Below are positions 18,706-27,416 of a DNA stretch of 64,000 nucleotides, piece after piece (within the stretch, counting starts at the first letter, position 1; every line of letters starts with the position of its first letter). The notes beneath the pieces were generated by a model. It had not been told where the DNA came from. It did no database searches and worked only from the letters and a program-made list of their open reading frames with translations. Origin of the DNA: Leptolyngbyaceae cyanobacterium (GTDB lineage: Bacteria > Cyanobacteriota > Cyanobacteriia > Phormidesmidales > Phormidesmidaceae). The translations under genes and the position numbers were made by a program. The stretch spans positions 1 to 64,000 of the forward strand of contig JBHJHA010000046.1 of the NCBI GenBank assembly GCA_050331235.1, given 5' to 3'.

Positions 18706-20187
18706 CTAGGCTGCCTGGGGGGTCCACACAGATACGGAACCCGCCTCACAGGGAAACTCAGCCCAGCCGTGCTCGTTGGTGGTGACTGGGTTGGCAATAT
18801 GCTCTGTAATGTCGACGTACGTTTGATGGGGCTGTCCCGTTTCCATCCATTTGACGCCGCGATCGCCGTTACTCAGGACCACTGCCATCCCTCCCGGATG
18901 CTCTGCATTGCCTAGTCGCGTCCAGCCAATGGTGCTCGGATGATCAAAATAGTCATATTGCTCACCATAGGCGTAGTGCTGACGGGCTAGCAAAAACTTT
19001 TCAATCAGCCAGCGGTGACTGTCTAGCCACACTTCATGTTCATTACCGTCATCCCCCTCATCTGTATAGTGAGCCCTGTAGTAGTCAGCGTAAAAAATGC
19101 AGGGGTAGCCGTCTTGCCGCAGCAAAATCAAGGCATAGGCTAAAGGCTTAAACCACGGCTCCACCACTGACTCCAAGGACTGCAACGGCTGCGAATCATG
19201 ATTATCTACCAAAGTCACTGCCAAGGCAGGCTGCTGCTTGACCAAGGTGTGATCGAAAATTGTTCTCAGATCGTAATTTTCGCCGGCATTACTCGCCTCA
19301 CAAAAGTTGTAGTGCAGCGGCGCATCAAATAGGTGGACGTCGCCCCCCGTGGTCTCGATGAAAAAGTGAAGAGCCTCAATCTCGTAAGACCAATATTCGC
19401 CCACGGCAAATAGGCGACGCCCGGCAGTGCGGCGGCAGTGATTGAGCCATTCAGGAAAGAAGCCTGCCTCGACGTGCTTGACAGCGTCAAAGCGAAAACC
19501 GTCTATATCTGTCGTGTCGACATACCAAGCTCCCCACTCCTTTAAGGCATCACGGACTTCCTCGGACTCCATGTCCAGGTCGCACCCCATGAGATAGTCA
19601 AAAGCCCCTTTTTCAAGATCTACGTTGTCGTCAAATGACTTGCCCTCAAACAGATAAACGGCGTCAAACTCGGGATTGTTTTCGTCATAGTCAACGCCAT
19701 CAAAGTGCCACCAGTGCCATTCCATATCGCTATATTTGCGATCGCGCCCAGCAAACTTGAAGTGAGTCCAAACCTTAATCGTGCGGGGTTCACCAACGGC
19801 TTCCATCCGATTCTCTGGATCAAAGGGGGTCGCGGTGACTTCTTCCGGGGCGTCGCCGCCTAGCATATGGTTAAAAACAATGTCCGCATACACGCGAATC
19901 CCGGCCGCCTTTGCTGCCTGAATGGCCTGCAAATATTGAGCCTTTGTGCCGTACTTAGTGCGAGTGCTGCCCTTTTGGTCAAACTCACCTAAATCGTACA
20001 AATCGTAGACGCTATAGCCGACGTCATAACCGCCACTCGCACCTTTGTAAGCCGGTGGAAACCAAATCGAGGTAATGCCAATATCCGCCAGTTCTTGGGC
20101 ATTTTGAACGAACTCGTTCCACAACTCTCCATTGGCAGGGGTGTACCAATGAAAGTACTGCATCATCACGCCATTAGGCTCAGACAT
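18706..20187 (-). CDS. amyA: Cytoplasmic alpha-amylase (GH13, AmyA-like)
   Basis: NGVMMQYFHWY, DLYDLGEFDQKGS.RTKYGT, DGFRFDAVKH, VGEYW, VDNHDSQP. Confidence 0.92.
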   Translation of the reverse strand: MSEPNGVMMQYFHWYTPANGELWNEFVQNAQELADIGITSIWFPPAYKGASGGYDVGYSVYDLYDLGEFDQKGSTRTKYGTKAQYLQAIQAAKAAGIRVYADIVFNHMLGGDAPEEVTATPFDPENRMEAVGEPRTIKVWTHFKFAGRDRKYSDMEWHWWHFDGVDYDENNPEFDAVYLFEGKSFDDNVDLEKGAFDYLMGCDLDMESEEVRDALKEWGAWYVDTTDIDGFRFDAVKHVEAGFFPEWLNHCRRTAGRRLFAVGEYWSYEIEALHFFIETTGGDVHLFDAPLHYNFCEASNAGENYDLRTIFDHTLVKQQPALAVTLVDNHDSQPLQSLESVVEPWFKPLAYALILLRQDGYPCIFYADYYRAHYTDEGDDGNEHEVWLDSHRWLIEKFLLARQHYAYGEQYDYFDHPSTIGWTRLGNAEHPGGMAVVLSNGDRGVKWMETGQPHQTYVDITEHIANPVTTNEHGWAEFPCEAGSVSVWTPQAA

Positions 20188-20436
20188 GACTCAAGTCCTT
20201 AAAAAACTAGTCCATTAATATCGCAGGAAAAATCGTATTGCTCAATCGTCCTTTAGATACATAGTTCTTCATGGAAAGCTATTTTGAGCTGCTATAAATA
20301 GCTGAATTTACCTGGCCTGGTAAAGTTTTTTGGGGAAGCCTAGATCACACTTTCATTTATACAAAACGATAGATACATCACACTTGAACTACACCATATG
20401 CTAAACAGGCTGGAAGTTCTGACTGGGAGATGGCTC

Positions 20437-20601
20437 ATGTTAAAATTCACGCTTTTGTTTTTGATCGTTGCAATTGTGGCCGCAATTTTTGGATTTGGCG
20501 GTATTGCGGCTGGAGCAGCAAGTATTGCTAAGGTTTTATTCTTTATTTTCTTGGCGTTGTTTGTAGTTTCCCTCGTTATGCGCTTAGTAAGAGCTGCGTA
20601 A
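20437..20601 (+). CDS. DUF1328 (UPF0391/YtjA) small membrane protein
   Basis: [39 protein letters not shown]. Confidence 0.92.
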   Translation: MLKFTLLFLIVAIVAAIFGFGGIAAGAASIAKVLFFIFLALFVVSLVMRLVRAA

Positions 20602-20623
20602 CGAATCTCTGATTTAAAGAAGG

Positions 20624-20660
20624 AGCCCCTGCAGATTTCAAAAATCTGCAGGGGCTTTTG
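20624..20660 (+). terminator. Rho-independent terminator of the DUF1328 gene
   Basis: AGCCCCTGCAGATTT / AAATCTGCAGGGGCT stem followed by TTT. Confidence 0.8.
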
Positions 20661-20728
20661 TCTGTTTGGCAATGCTTTATTAAGTGCCCATTGACCGTCC
20701 ACTTGAGCCGAAAGATGAGCAGCAAATC

Positions 20729-21178
20729 CTAAAGCTCATCAAGGGGAAATTCCTTGTGTAGCTGCTTGCATTTCTCTTTTAAAAGTCCACTTTCAATTTT
20801 GTATTCAGCGGGCGATCGCCGAAATACCTCTTCACAGCGCAGGTCAATCATGTTAGGATTACTATTCTCAAAATCATCATTGCCGACGCCATATATAATG
20901 TGGTGAATGCCCGCCCACAAACAGGTTGCTGCACACATGGGACAGGGTTCGCAAGTTGTGTAAAGTGTGTAAGTGCCTGGGGGAGAAGCATTTTCCATCC
21001 GTTTGGTGAGCTGTCGGATGGCGTTGACCTCAGCATGACAGGTCGGATCATGGTCGGAGTGAACGGTGTTGCCGCACTGGACAACAACTTCATGATCATT
21101 GACGATGACAGCTCCGAAAGGGGTTTCACTTTTTTGGGCTTCCGCGATCGCCAAGCGCATAAATTTTTCGTCAGACAT
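20729..21178 (-). CDS. Nucleoside deaminase (TadA/guanine deaminase-like, Zn-dependent)
   Basis: PFGAVIV, DPTCHAEVNAIR, EPCPMC. Confidence 0.9.
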   Translation of the reverse strand: MSDEKFMRLAIAEAQKSETPFGAVIVNDHEVVVQCGNTVHSDHDPTCHAEVNAIRQLTKRMENASPPGTYTLYTTCEPCPMCAATCLWAGIHHIIYGVGNDDFENSNPNMIDLRCEEVFRRSPAEYKIESGLLKEKCKQLHKEFPLDEL

Positions 21179-21220
21179 CAATATTTACTCACCCATCACT
21201 GTTTGAAAGGAATATACCGT

Positions 21221-21250
21221 AAAAAAAGAGGCGAAAGCTTCGCCTCTTTC
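21221..21250 (-). terminator. Rho-independent terminator of csbD
   Basis: AAAGAGGCGAA / TTCGCCTCTTT stem with a T-run on the minus strand. Confidence 0.8.
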
Positions 21251-21273
21251 AGAACTAACTTAGAAAAAAACAA

Positions 21274-21456
21274 TTAGTCAACTGCTTTCTTGACCTGATC
21301 TTTCACATTTTCCTTGCTGTGCTCGGCTTGAGCTTCTACTTGCTTAGCCTTGCCTTCTGCTTCATCGGAAGGATTGCCGGCCAAATCGCCGACGGTCTCT
21401 TGTACTTTACCTTCGACGTTCTTAGCAGTTGCTTCTACTCTATCTTCGATACCCAT
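21274..21456 (-). CDS. csbD: CsbD family stress protein
   Basis: MGIEDRVEATAKNVEGKVQETVG...EAEGKAKQ. Confidence 0.9.
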   Translation of the reverse strand: MGIEDRVEATAKNVEGKVQETVGDLAGNPSDEAEGKAKQVEAQAEHSKENVKDQVKKAVD

Positions 21457-21640
21457 ATGATTAAAGTCCTCTCTAATCAAGCTACGTTTTACATTTTAGA
21501 AAACGGCTGCTTTGGTTACCTCTGCCTCCAGGAACATCCCAACCAACCACATATTATTTCGATGGGTACATTCTGGCCTGGCTTCGTTCAGTTTAAGATT
21601 GCCAGAGCGAAAAATTGCCATCGTTTAATGACAGCCACGA

Positions 21641-22987
21641 TTAGCTGGCGACGCTAAAAATTTCCTCTGCTGCGGTGGGATGGATGCCGACAGTTCTAAA
21701 CAGCTCCGTTGAGGTGAGGCCTCGCCGCAGGGCCGGAATCAATCCTTGCAGCATGTTGGGCGCTTGATCACCGGCCATGTGAACGCCTACAACTTGCTCG
21801 GTTTGGCGATCAATTACTAGCTTGATCAGTGACTGCTGGGGGGTGGGCAACAGACTGTGACTCAGAGGCACAAATGTATGGCACTGGGTTTGCACGTTGT
21901 CTGCGCCTAATTTGTCTTGGGCCATCGCCTCTGACCAGCCCACGGTGGCAACAAACGGGGCGCCAAAAACCGCCGAAGGAATCCAGCGATAATCGACTGC
22001 AATCGGTTGCCGCTGGCAAATGGTTCGGGCAACGGCTTCGCCCTCGGCGATCGCTACTGGAGTTAGGGGCAGCCGCTCAACGCAATCTCCTACAGCATAA
22101 ATATTGGGCTGTGAAGTTTGGCCATAGGCATCGGCAACGATCTTGCCATCGCTGACTTGGACGTTGGCGCGCTCCAAATTGAGCCGTGATAGATTGGGCG
22201 ATCGCCCCACCGCAAACAAAATTTCATCGGCGGTGATTGCTGTTTTCGTAGAGCCAGTCAGAGAGAGGACCTTGTGGTCAGCTGCCTGGCGCACCGCGGC
22301 GCAGCGGGACTCCGCAATAAATTTCACCCCCAATGCTTGCAATCCCTCCTGAACCGCCGATCGCAGCGTAGGGTCAAACCCGCTCAGCACTTGCTTATCC
22401 GTGTCAATTAGCGTTACCTGGGTGCCGAGCAGCACCAAAATATGACTAAACTCGAACCCGATGTATCCTCCACCGACGACAGCCATATGTTTAGGCAGGG
22501 TCGTGAGCTGAAACATATCGGGGGAGGTCAACACCAGATCTTGTCCTTCCATATCTGGCACAATTGGCGCGCCCCCCACAGCAATCACCACATGGTGAGC
22601 GGTTACTTGGCAGTCGTTGATGGTGAGCTGATGGGCATCAATGAACTGGGCCGTGCCACGTAAGATATCAATGCCTGCTTCGGTTAAGGTTTCTTGCTGA
22701 GACTGTCGAATCTGGCTGATGTGATCCTGAATGGCAGTTTGCAGGGCTTGCCAGTTGAGCGATGCCGGGGTGTCGTCCCAGTGAAAGGATTGGGCGACCT
22801 TTTGTTGGGAGGCAAAACTAGCGGCATTGACCATGAGCTTTTTGGGCACACAGCCGCGATTGACACAGGTGCCACCAAGGGCGCGGGACTCCGCGATCGC
22901 GACTGTGGCACCCAAGCTGGCAGCTTGCTTGGCGGTGGCGAGTCCGCCAGAGCCCCCACCAATTACCAAAATGTCGTAGTCAGCCAT
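21641..22987 (-). CDS. Glutathione reductase-like pyridine nucleotide-disulfide oxidoreductase
   Basis: GGGSGG, GGTCVNRGCVPKK, GGGYIG, YAVGDC, LTPVAI, HPTAAEE. Confidence 0.85.
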   Translation of the reverse strand: MADYDILVIGGGSGGLATAKQAASLGATVAIAESRALGGTCVNRGCVPKKLMVNAASFASQQKVAQSFHWDDTPASLNWQALQTAIQDHISQIRQSQQETLTEAGIDILRGTAQFIDAHQLTINDCQVTAHHVVIAVGGAPIVPDMEGQDLVLTSPDMFQLTTLPKHMAVVGGGYIGFEFSHILVLLGTQVTLIDTDKQVLSGFDPTLRSAVQEGLQALGVKFIAESRCAAVRQAADHKVLSLTGSTKTAITADEILFAVGRSPNLSRLNLERANVQVSDGKIVADAYGQTSQPNIYAVGDCVERLPLTPVAIAEGEAVARTICQRQPIAVDYRWIPSAVFGAPFVATVGWSEAMAQDKLGADNVQTQCHTFVPLSHSLLPTPQQSLIKLVIDRQTEQVVGVHMAGDQAPNMLQGLIPALRRGLTSTELFRTVGIHPTAAEEIFSVAS

Positions 22988-23075
22988 GTCGATTCCCAGT
23001 CTCTCCACACGTAATTGGCGACATGTTTAGAGTAGAGAAAATTTGAGTCGGAAAACTCAGCCAGGAGAAATATCT

Positions 23076-24233
23076 CTACTTCATAACGGGCTTTTGGACG
23101 GGTAAAAACAGGGTAAAGGTGCTGCCTTGGCGGGGCTGTGAAGACACATCGATAAACCCTTGATGCATTTGAGCAATCCGCCCCGCTAGGTGTAGCCCTA
23201 AGCCACTACCAGCCCGGCGCTGGGTTCCCTGACGAAACCAAGCAAAAATTTCTGCTTCCTCTGACTCGGAGATGCCAATACCGGTATCAATGACCTGAAC
23301 GGATAGCCACGATTTGGCTCTTTGGCCCCCAACCCCTGTCAAATTGGGGGGCGGTTGCTCGGAGTGGTCAAGCTGCACGAGGATATGGCCCTCATCGGTG
23401 AATTTAAGAGCATTGCCAATGAGATTGGTTAACACTCGGCGCAATTCCATCACGTCTCCGAGCATCTCGTAGGGGGCCGTATCGGTGATTGTGGTTCCTT
23501 GGCGATCGCTCAGCTTAAGGGTCAGATTTTTCTCAGCGGCTAGCGGTTTGAGCTCACTCACGACTGCCGCCGCAATGTCATAGAGATTAAGGGGGATAAT
23601 GGTTAGTGACTTATGGCCCGAATCGTGACGATAAACTTCCAGCAGCGTGTTGACCATAGACAGGAGCTGCTCGTTATTTTGCATCGTTTCGGTCAGGGCT
23701 TCTTTAGCCCCATCGGCAACGGGACCAAACGACTCATTTTTGCAAAAGGACAGCATGCGATTGGCCGCGACCAAAGGCGTGCGTAAATCGTGGGTGAGAC
23801 GGGCAACAAAATCGTCGCGCTGGCGCAGCATGTAAGCCTGACCATCCATTGCCTCTCTCATGCGCAGCAGCGATCGCACTCGCGCCTGCAATTCATCAAT
23901 ATCAAACGGCTTGCGAATGAAGTCATCGGCACCGGCATCGAGCCCTTCCACCAAGCTGACGTGATCGTGGGCCGTCAGCAGTAGGATGGGGACATAGGGC
24001 AATTCTGCTGCTCCCCGCACGCGTCGGGTGACTTCATAGCCATCCATGCCCGGCATCATGATGTCGAGCAGCAGCAGATCCGGAGGGTGATCGCCAATTT
24101 GGGCGATCGCGGCTTCTCCAGACTTGGCAAAGCTCAACTGATATTCGTCAAGATCTAAAATCGTTTCAATAAGAAATAAGTTATCGGGAGAATCATCAAC
24201 GGCAAGAATATGCTTGGGTTGCGCTTTATCCAT
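23076..24233 (-). CDS. Hybrid REC-histidine kinase
   Basis: VDDSPDN, PDLLLLDIMMP, FIRKP; THDLRTPL, NLIGNALKF, DTGIGI, GSGLGL. Confidence 0.93.
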   Translation of the reverse strand: MDKAQPKHILAVDDSPDNLFLIETILDLDEYQLSFAKSGEAAIAQIGDHPPDLLLLDIMMPGMDGYEVTRRVRGAAELPYVPILLLTAHDHVSLVEGLDAGADDFIRKPFDIDELQARVRSLLRMREAMDGQAYMLRQRDDFVARLTHDLRTPLVAANRMLSFCKNESFGPVADGAKEALTETMQNNEQLLSMVNTLLEVYRHDSGHKSLTIIPLNLYDIAAAVVSELKPLAAEKNLTLKLSDRQGTTITDTAPYEMLGDVMELRRVLTNLIGNALKFTDEGHILVQLDHSEQPPPNLTGVGGQRAKSWLSVQVIDTGIGISESEEAEIFAWFRQGTQRRAGSGLGLHLAGRIAQMHQGFIDVSSQPRQGSTFTLFLPVQKPVMK

Positions 24234-24766
24234 GTCAGGTACATTTAACGTCTTTGTTTAAACAGAGATTTAAAAAATCAAATTGAGTTTCATGGTTACA
24301 TGCACTCGGTGATGCGGCGTCTATCTATTGAATGAGCTTGCTTGAGGCCATCGAGAAAACTCAACTGCTAAAACGAACTATTCGTGTGAATAAAAGGGTG
24401 GCTGCTATGCTGATATCGCAATGTATCGCAAGGACCCAAAAAGCCACCACTAATTTATCAAAAGCCCTATGGGTCAACGAGTTCGGCAATAACTCATCAG
24501 CCCGATTTACGAAATTGACAGGTTGATCGTTGTCTACAGGATGGATAGATATTCCCTGTTTTATAGATAAAAAATTCGGTTATCAAACCCTTCAATTGAG
24601 TTGTGTTAATGGCTAGACTCAGTCAAATGCTAAGCCGTTAACTGAAGGGTAGACAAAACCGGATCGGCCCGTTTGCTCTCCCTGGGCCCAGAAAGATCCA
24701 GGCGTCGCCCGGCTGAGTTGAACATTATGCGTAACACTAAAGAAAAACGGTGGGAGTGGAATTGCC

Positions 24767-25561
24767 ATGGACTGGCGTGAGGTATCGGGCAACTGGTTGT
24801 ACATGCCCCCACAGCCCCGAGCCATTATCCATTTTTTGGGCGGTGCCTTTGTTGCGGCGGCCCCTCATGTCACGTACAAGCCTTTGTTAGAAACGCTTGG
24901 CCGGCGCGGGTATGTGATTGTTGCGACGCCCTTTATCAATACGTTTGATCATCGAGCGATCGCCCAAGAGGTTTTGGTGACTTTTGATCAGGCTTTGCGC
25001 TACCTCGAAAGCCGGGTCACGCTTAAGCCATTACCGATCTACGGCTTGGGCCACAGCATGGGCTGCAAGGTGCATTTGCTGATCAATAGTCTGTATGAGG
25101 TCAAGCGGGCGGGCAATATTTTGATGGCGTTTAACAACTATTCGGCACGGCGATCGGTCCCTTTTTTAGAACAGGTCATGTCCTTAACGCCTGCTTTGGA
25201 GGCGTTGGGGCCGATGGAGTTTGTCCCTTCTCCTGAGGAGACCTTAGCCCTGATCGATCGGTACTATCCCATCGAACGTAACCTGTTAATCAAATTTCGT
25301 AAGGACGACATCGACCAAACTCGACCGCTCCACGGGGTTTTGCATCGTCACTTTCCTCAGCTCACGAGTGTCGAGATTTTGCCCGGCACCCACACCACCC
25401 CCATGGCCCAAGATATTCCCTGGCAGCCGGGAACCCAGTTCAGCGCTTTTGATGCCATTGGGCAGTTCGTCAAGCAGGAATTCACCCGGGATCTAAGACG
25501 GCTAGAGGATGTGATCTTGATGTGGTTGAATCCCCTTGGCGCCATGCGATCGCGCCGCTAA
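24767..25561 (+). CDS. DUF1350 family alpha/beta hydrolase-like protein
   Basis: IIHFLGGAFVAAAP..TY, GLGHSMGCK, EF.PSPEET, GTHTTP. Confidence 0.88.
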   Translation: MDWREVSGNWLYMPPQPRAIIHFLGGAFVAAAPHVTYKPLLETLGRRGYVIVATPFINTFDHRAIAQEVLVTFDQALRYLESRVTLKPLPIYGLGHSMGCKVHLLINSLYEVKRAGNILMAFNNYSARRSVPFLEQVMSLTPALEALGPMEFVPSPEETLALIDRYYPIERNLLIKFRKDDIDQTRPLHGVLHRHFPQLTSVEILPGTHTTPMAQDIPWQPGTQFSAFDAIGQFVKQEFTRDLRRLEDVILMWLNPLGAMRSRR

Positions 25562-25906
25562 CCCCAGGGGCAAGACTGCTGTCTACGGCCCAGGCAGCGC
25601 CAGCGACTAGCTCGGGCCGCCTGGATCAACGGGATCAGGGCTTAAGCAGTCAAAAACGACAAACATTACCGGTTGGAAGATCTTTACAACCGTCTAAAAC
25701 ATCGTTCAGTGCGTAGGTTCTAGAGATTACGCCGTTTTCCCGGAAACCGTGGGCTGCCGTCCGTAGAGTTTTGTATGGCTTGAGAGCTACCCGTTGGTAA
25801 TCTTGAGCTACTGGGTCGCTGTGGGAATATTACTGAAGCCATGACTTAATCGTTTCAGGCTGCCTCTACTCGCCGCGCACCTGTCTTATTGTCGACAGAT
25901 GTCAAC

Positions 25907-27154
25907 ATGCTCCACTCTTCTGATCGCTTAGTGGCCGAGATCCACCCTTCTATGACCTCATCTTCAGAGGATTCTGGCTTCAGTCTGCTGTTGATTGATG
26001 CTGGCGGCGGGCAGCGGGCTGCTTTGCTGCAGGCATTGGCCAATGCGGGTGTCACTGTTCATCTCAAACCAACGATTGCTGCCGCTCAGGTTTGTCTGAC
26101 TAGCGTGCCGATCCACGGCATCGTGGGGATTATTTCCCCGGTCGGTCCTGATATGTTTGAGTTTTGTCGTCGGCTTAAGCAAGTGCCGCAATTAGCGAGC
26201 CTGCCTGTTGTTCTCATGGGTGTTGCTGAGGACGATCGCGATCGCCTGCGGGCCTTGAGCGTGGGCGCTGCCGCTTTCCTCAGTCTGGCCAGTGAGCCCA
26301 GCCAAATAGTGGCGCAAATCCAGGCGCAAATGCTGCCCCATCCCGCCCGCCAGCAGGCCGCGCGCCAGGCGCAGCAAATGATTATGAATCGCCAATACTC
26401 CCCCCTGCTGGCCAACCTGCAAAAGACCCTGCGCCAGCAAACCGTCAAGCTCAAGGCGCAGAACGAGCAGCTCCAGCAAGAAATTCGAGAACGCCAGGAA
26501 ATTGAGCGGGCCCTGCGCCAGGAACAGCAGAAGTCAGAACAGCTATTGCTCAATATTTTGCCGGGGGCCGTGGTCAATCAGCTGAAGCAGTTTCAAGGTT
26601 CTCTTGCAGAGCGCTTTGATGAAACCACTGTCTTGTTTGCCGATATCGTCAACTTCACTCCCCTCGCGGCCCAATACAGTCCGCTTGCCCTGGTGAATCT
26701 GCTCAACCATATTTTTTCTGAGTTTGATCGCCTGGCCGAGGTGTACCAATTGGAAAAAATAAAAACCATTGGGGATGCCTACATGGCGGTCGGCGGGGTG
26801 CCCGTGCCCCGCGAAGACCACGCGATCGCGATCGCTGATTTGGCCTTGGCTATGCAGACAGCGATTGGGCGCATCAGCCAAGAAAGGGAAGTGCCGCTGC
26901 AGCTACGCATTGGCATCAACAGCGGCACCGTGGTAGCTGGGGTCATCGGCATCAAAAAATTTAGCTACGATCTCTGGGGTGATACGGTCAACGTTGCCAG
27001 CCGCATGGAATCCCAAGGTCAACCGGGCAAGATTCAAGTCACAACCAACACTTACCAAAAACTTAATTCCCTATTTTGCTTTGAGCCCGCCCACAAGATC
27101 GAGATTAAGGGCAAAGGGTTGATGAAAACCTATTACCTGTTAGGTCGCCGATAG
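25907..27154 (+). CDS. Class III adenylate cyclase with degenerate N-terminal receiver-like domain
   Basis: VLFADIVNFT, EKIKTIGDAYM, RIGINSG, YDLWGDTVNVASRMES; start uncertain. Confidence 0.88.
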   Translation: MLHSSDRLVAEIHPSMTSSSEDSGFSLLLIDAGGGQRAALLQALANAGVTVHLKPTIAAAQVCLTSVPIHGIVGIISPVGPDMFEFCRRLKQVPQLASLPVVLMGVAEDDRDRLRALSVGAAAFLSLASEPSQIVAQIQAQMLPHPARQQAARQAQQMIMNRQYSPLLANLQKTLRQQTVKLKAQNEQLQQEIRERQEIERALRQEQQKSEQLLLNILPGAVVNQLKQFQGSLAERFDETTVLFADIVNFTPLAAQYSPLALVNLLNHIFSEFDRLAEVYQLEKIKTIGDAYMAVGGVPVPREDHAIAIADLALAMQTAIGRISQEREVPLQLRIGINSGTVVAGVIGIKKFSYDLWGDTVNVASRMESQGQPGKIQVTTNTYQKLNSLFCFEPAHKIEIKGKGLMKTYYLLGRR

Positions 27155-27416
27155 GCTGCGGCTGAACGGCATCGCGATACACTATTGAAGTTTGTGAGCG
27201 GAGGCGCTGCTGGCTAGCCAGCAAACTTGACCAAGGCTCCTGTTGTGAAGCTACAAAATCTCCCGGCGAAACACCTGTGGTCAGGTGATCGCCGCTGGGA
27301 AAATGTAGGTTTGTAGTTCTCTCTGCAGCGCTCTTGGATACTGGTTCAACCGCCAGCCCTCACTGTTCGTTTGGCTGAGACCCGGCGTTCCTGACAGGAA
27401 ATTGATATCAAAGGCT

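Noticed and set aside
18292..18915. 207-aa + strand ORF
   Set aside because: Antisense shadow of the SDR and amylase genes
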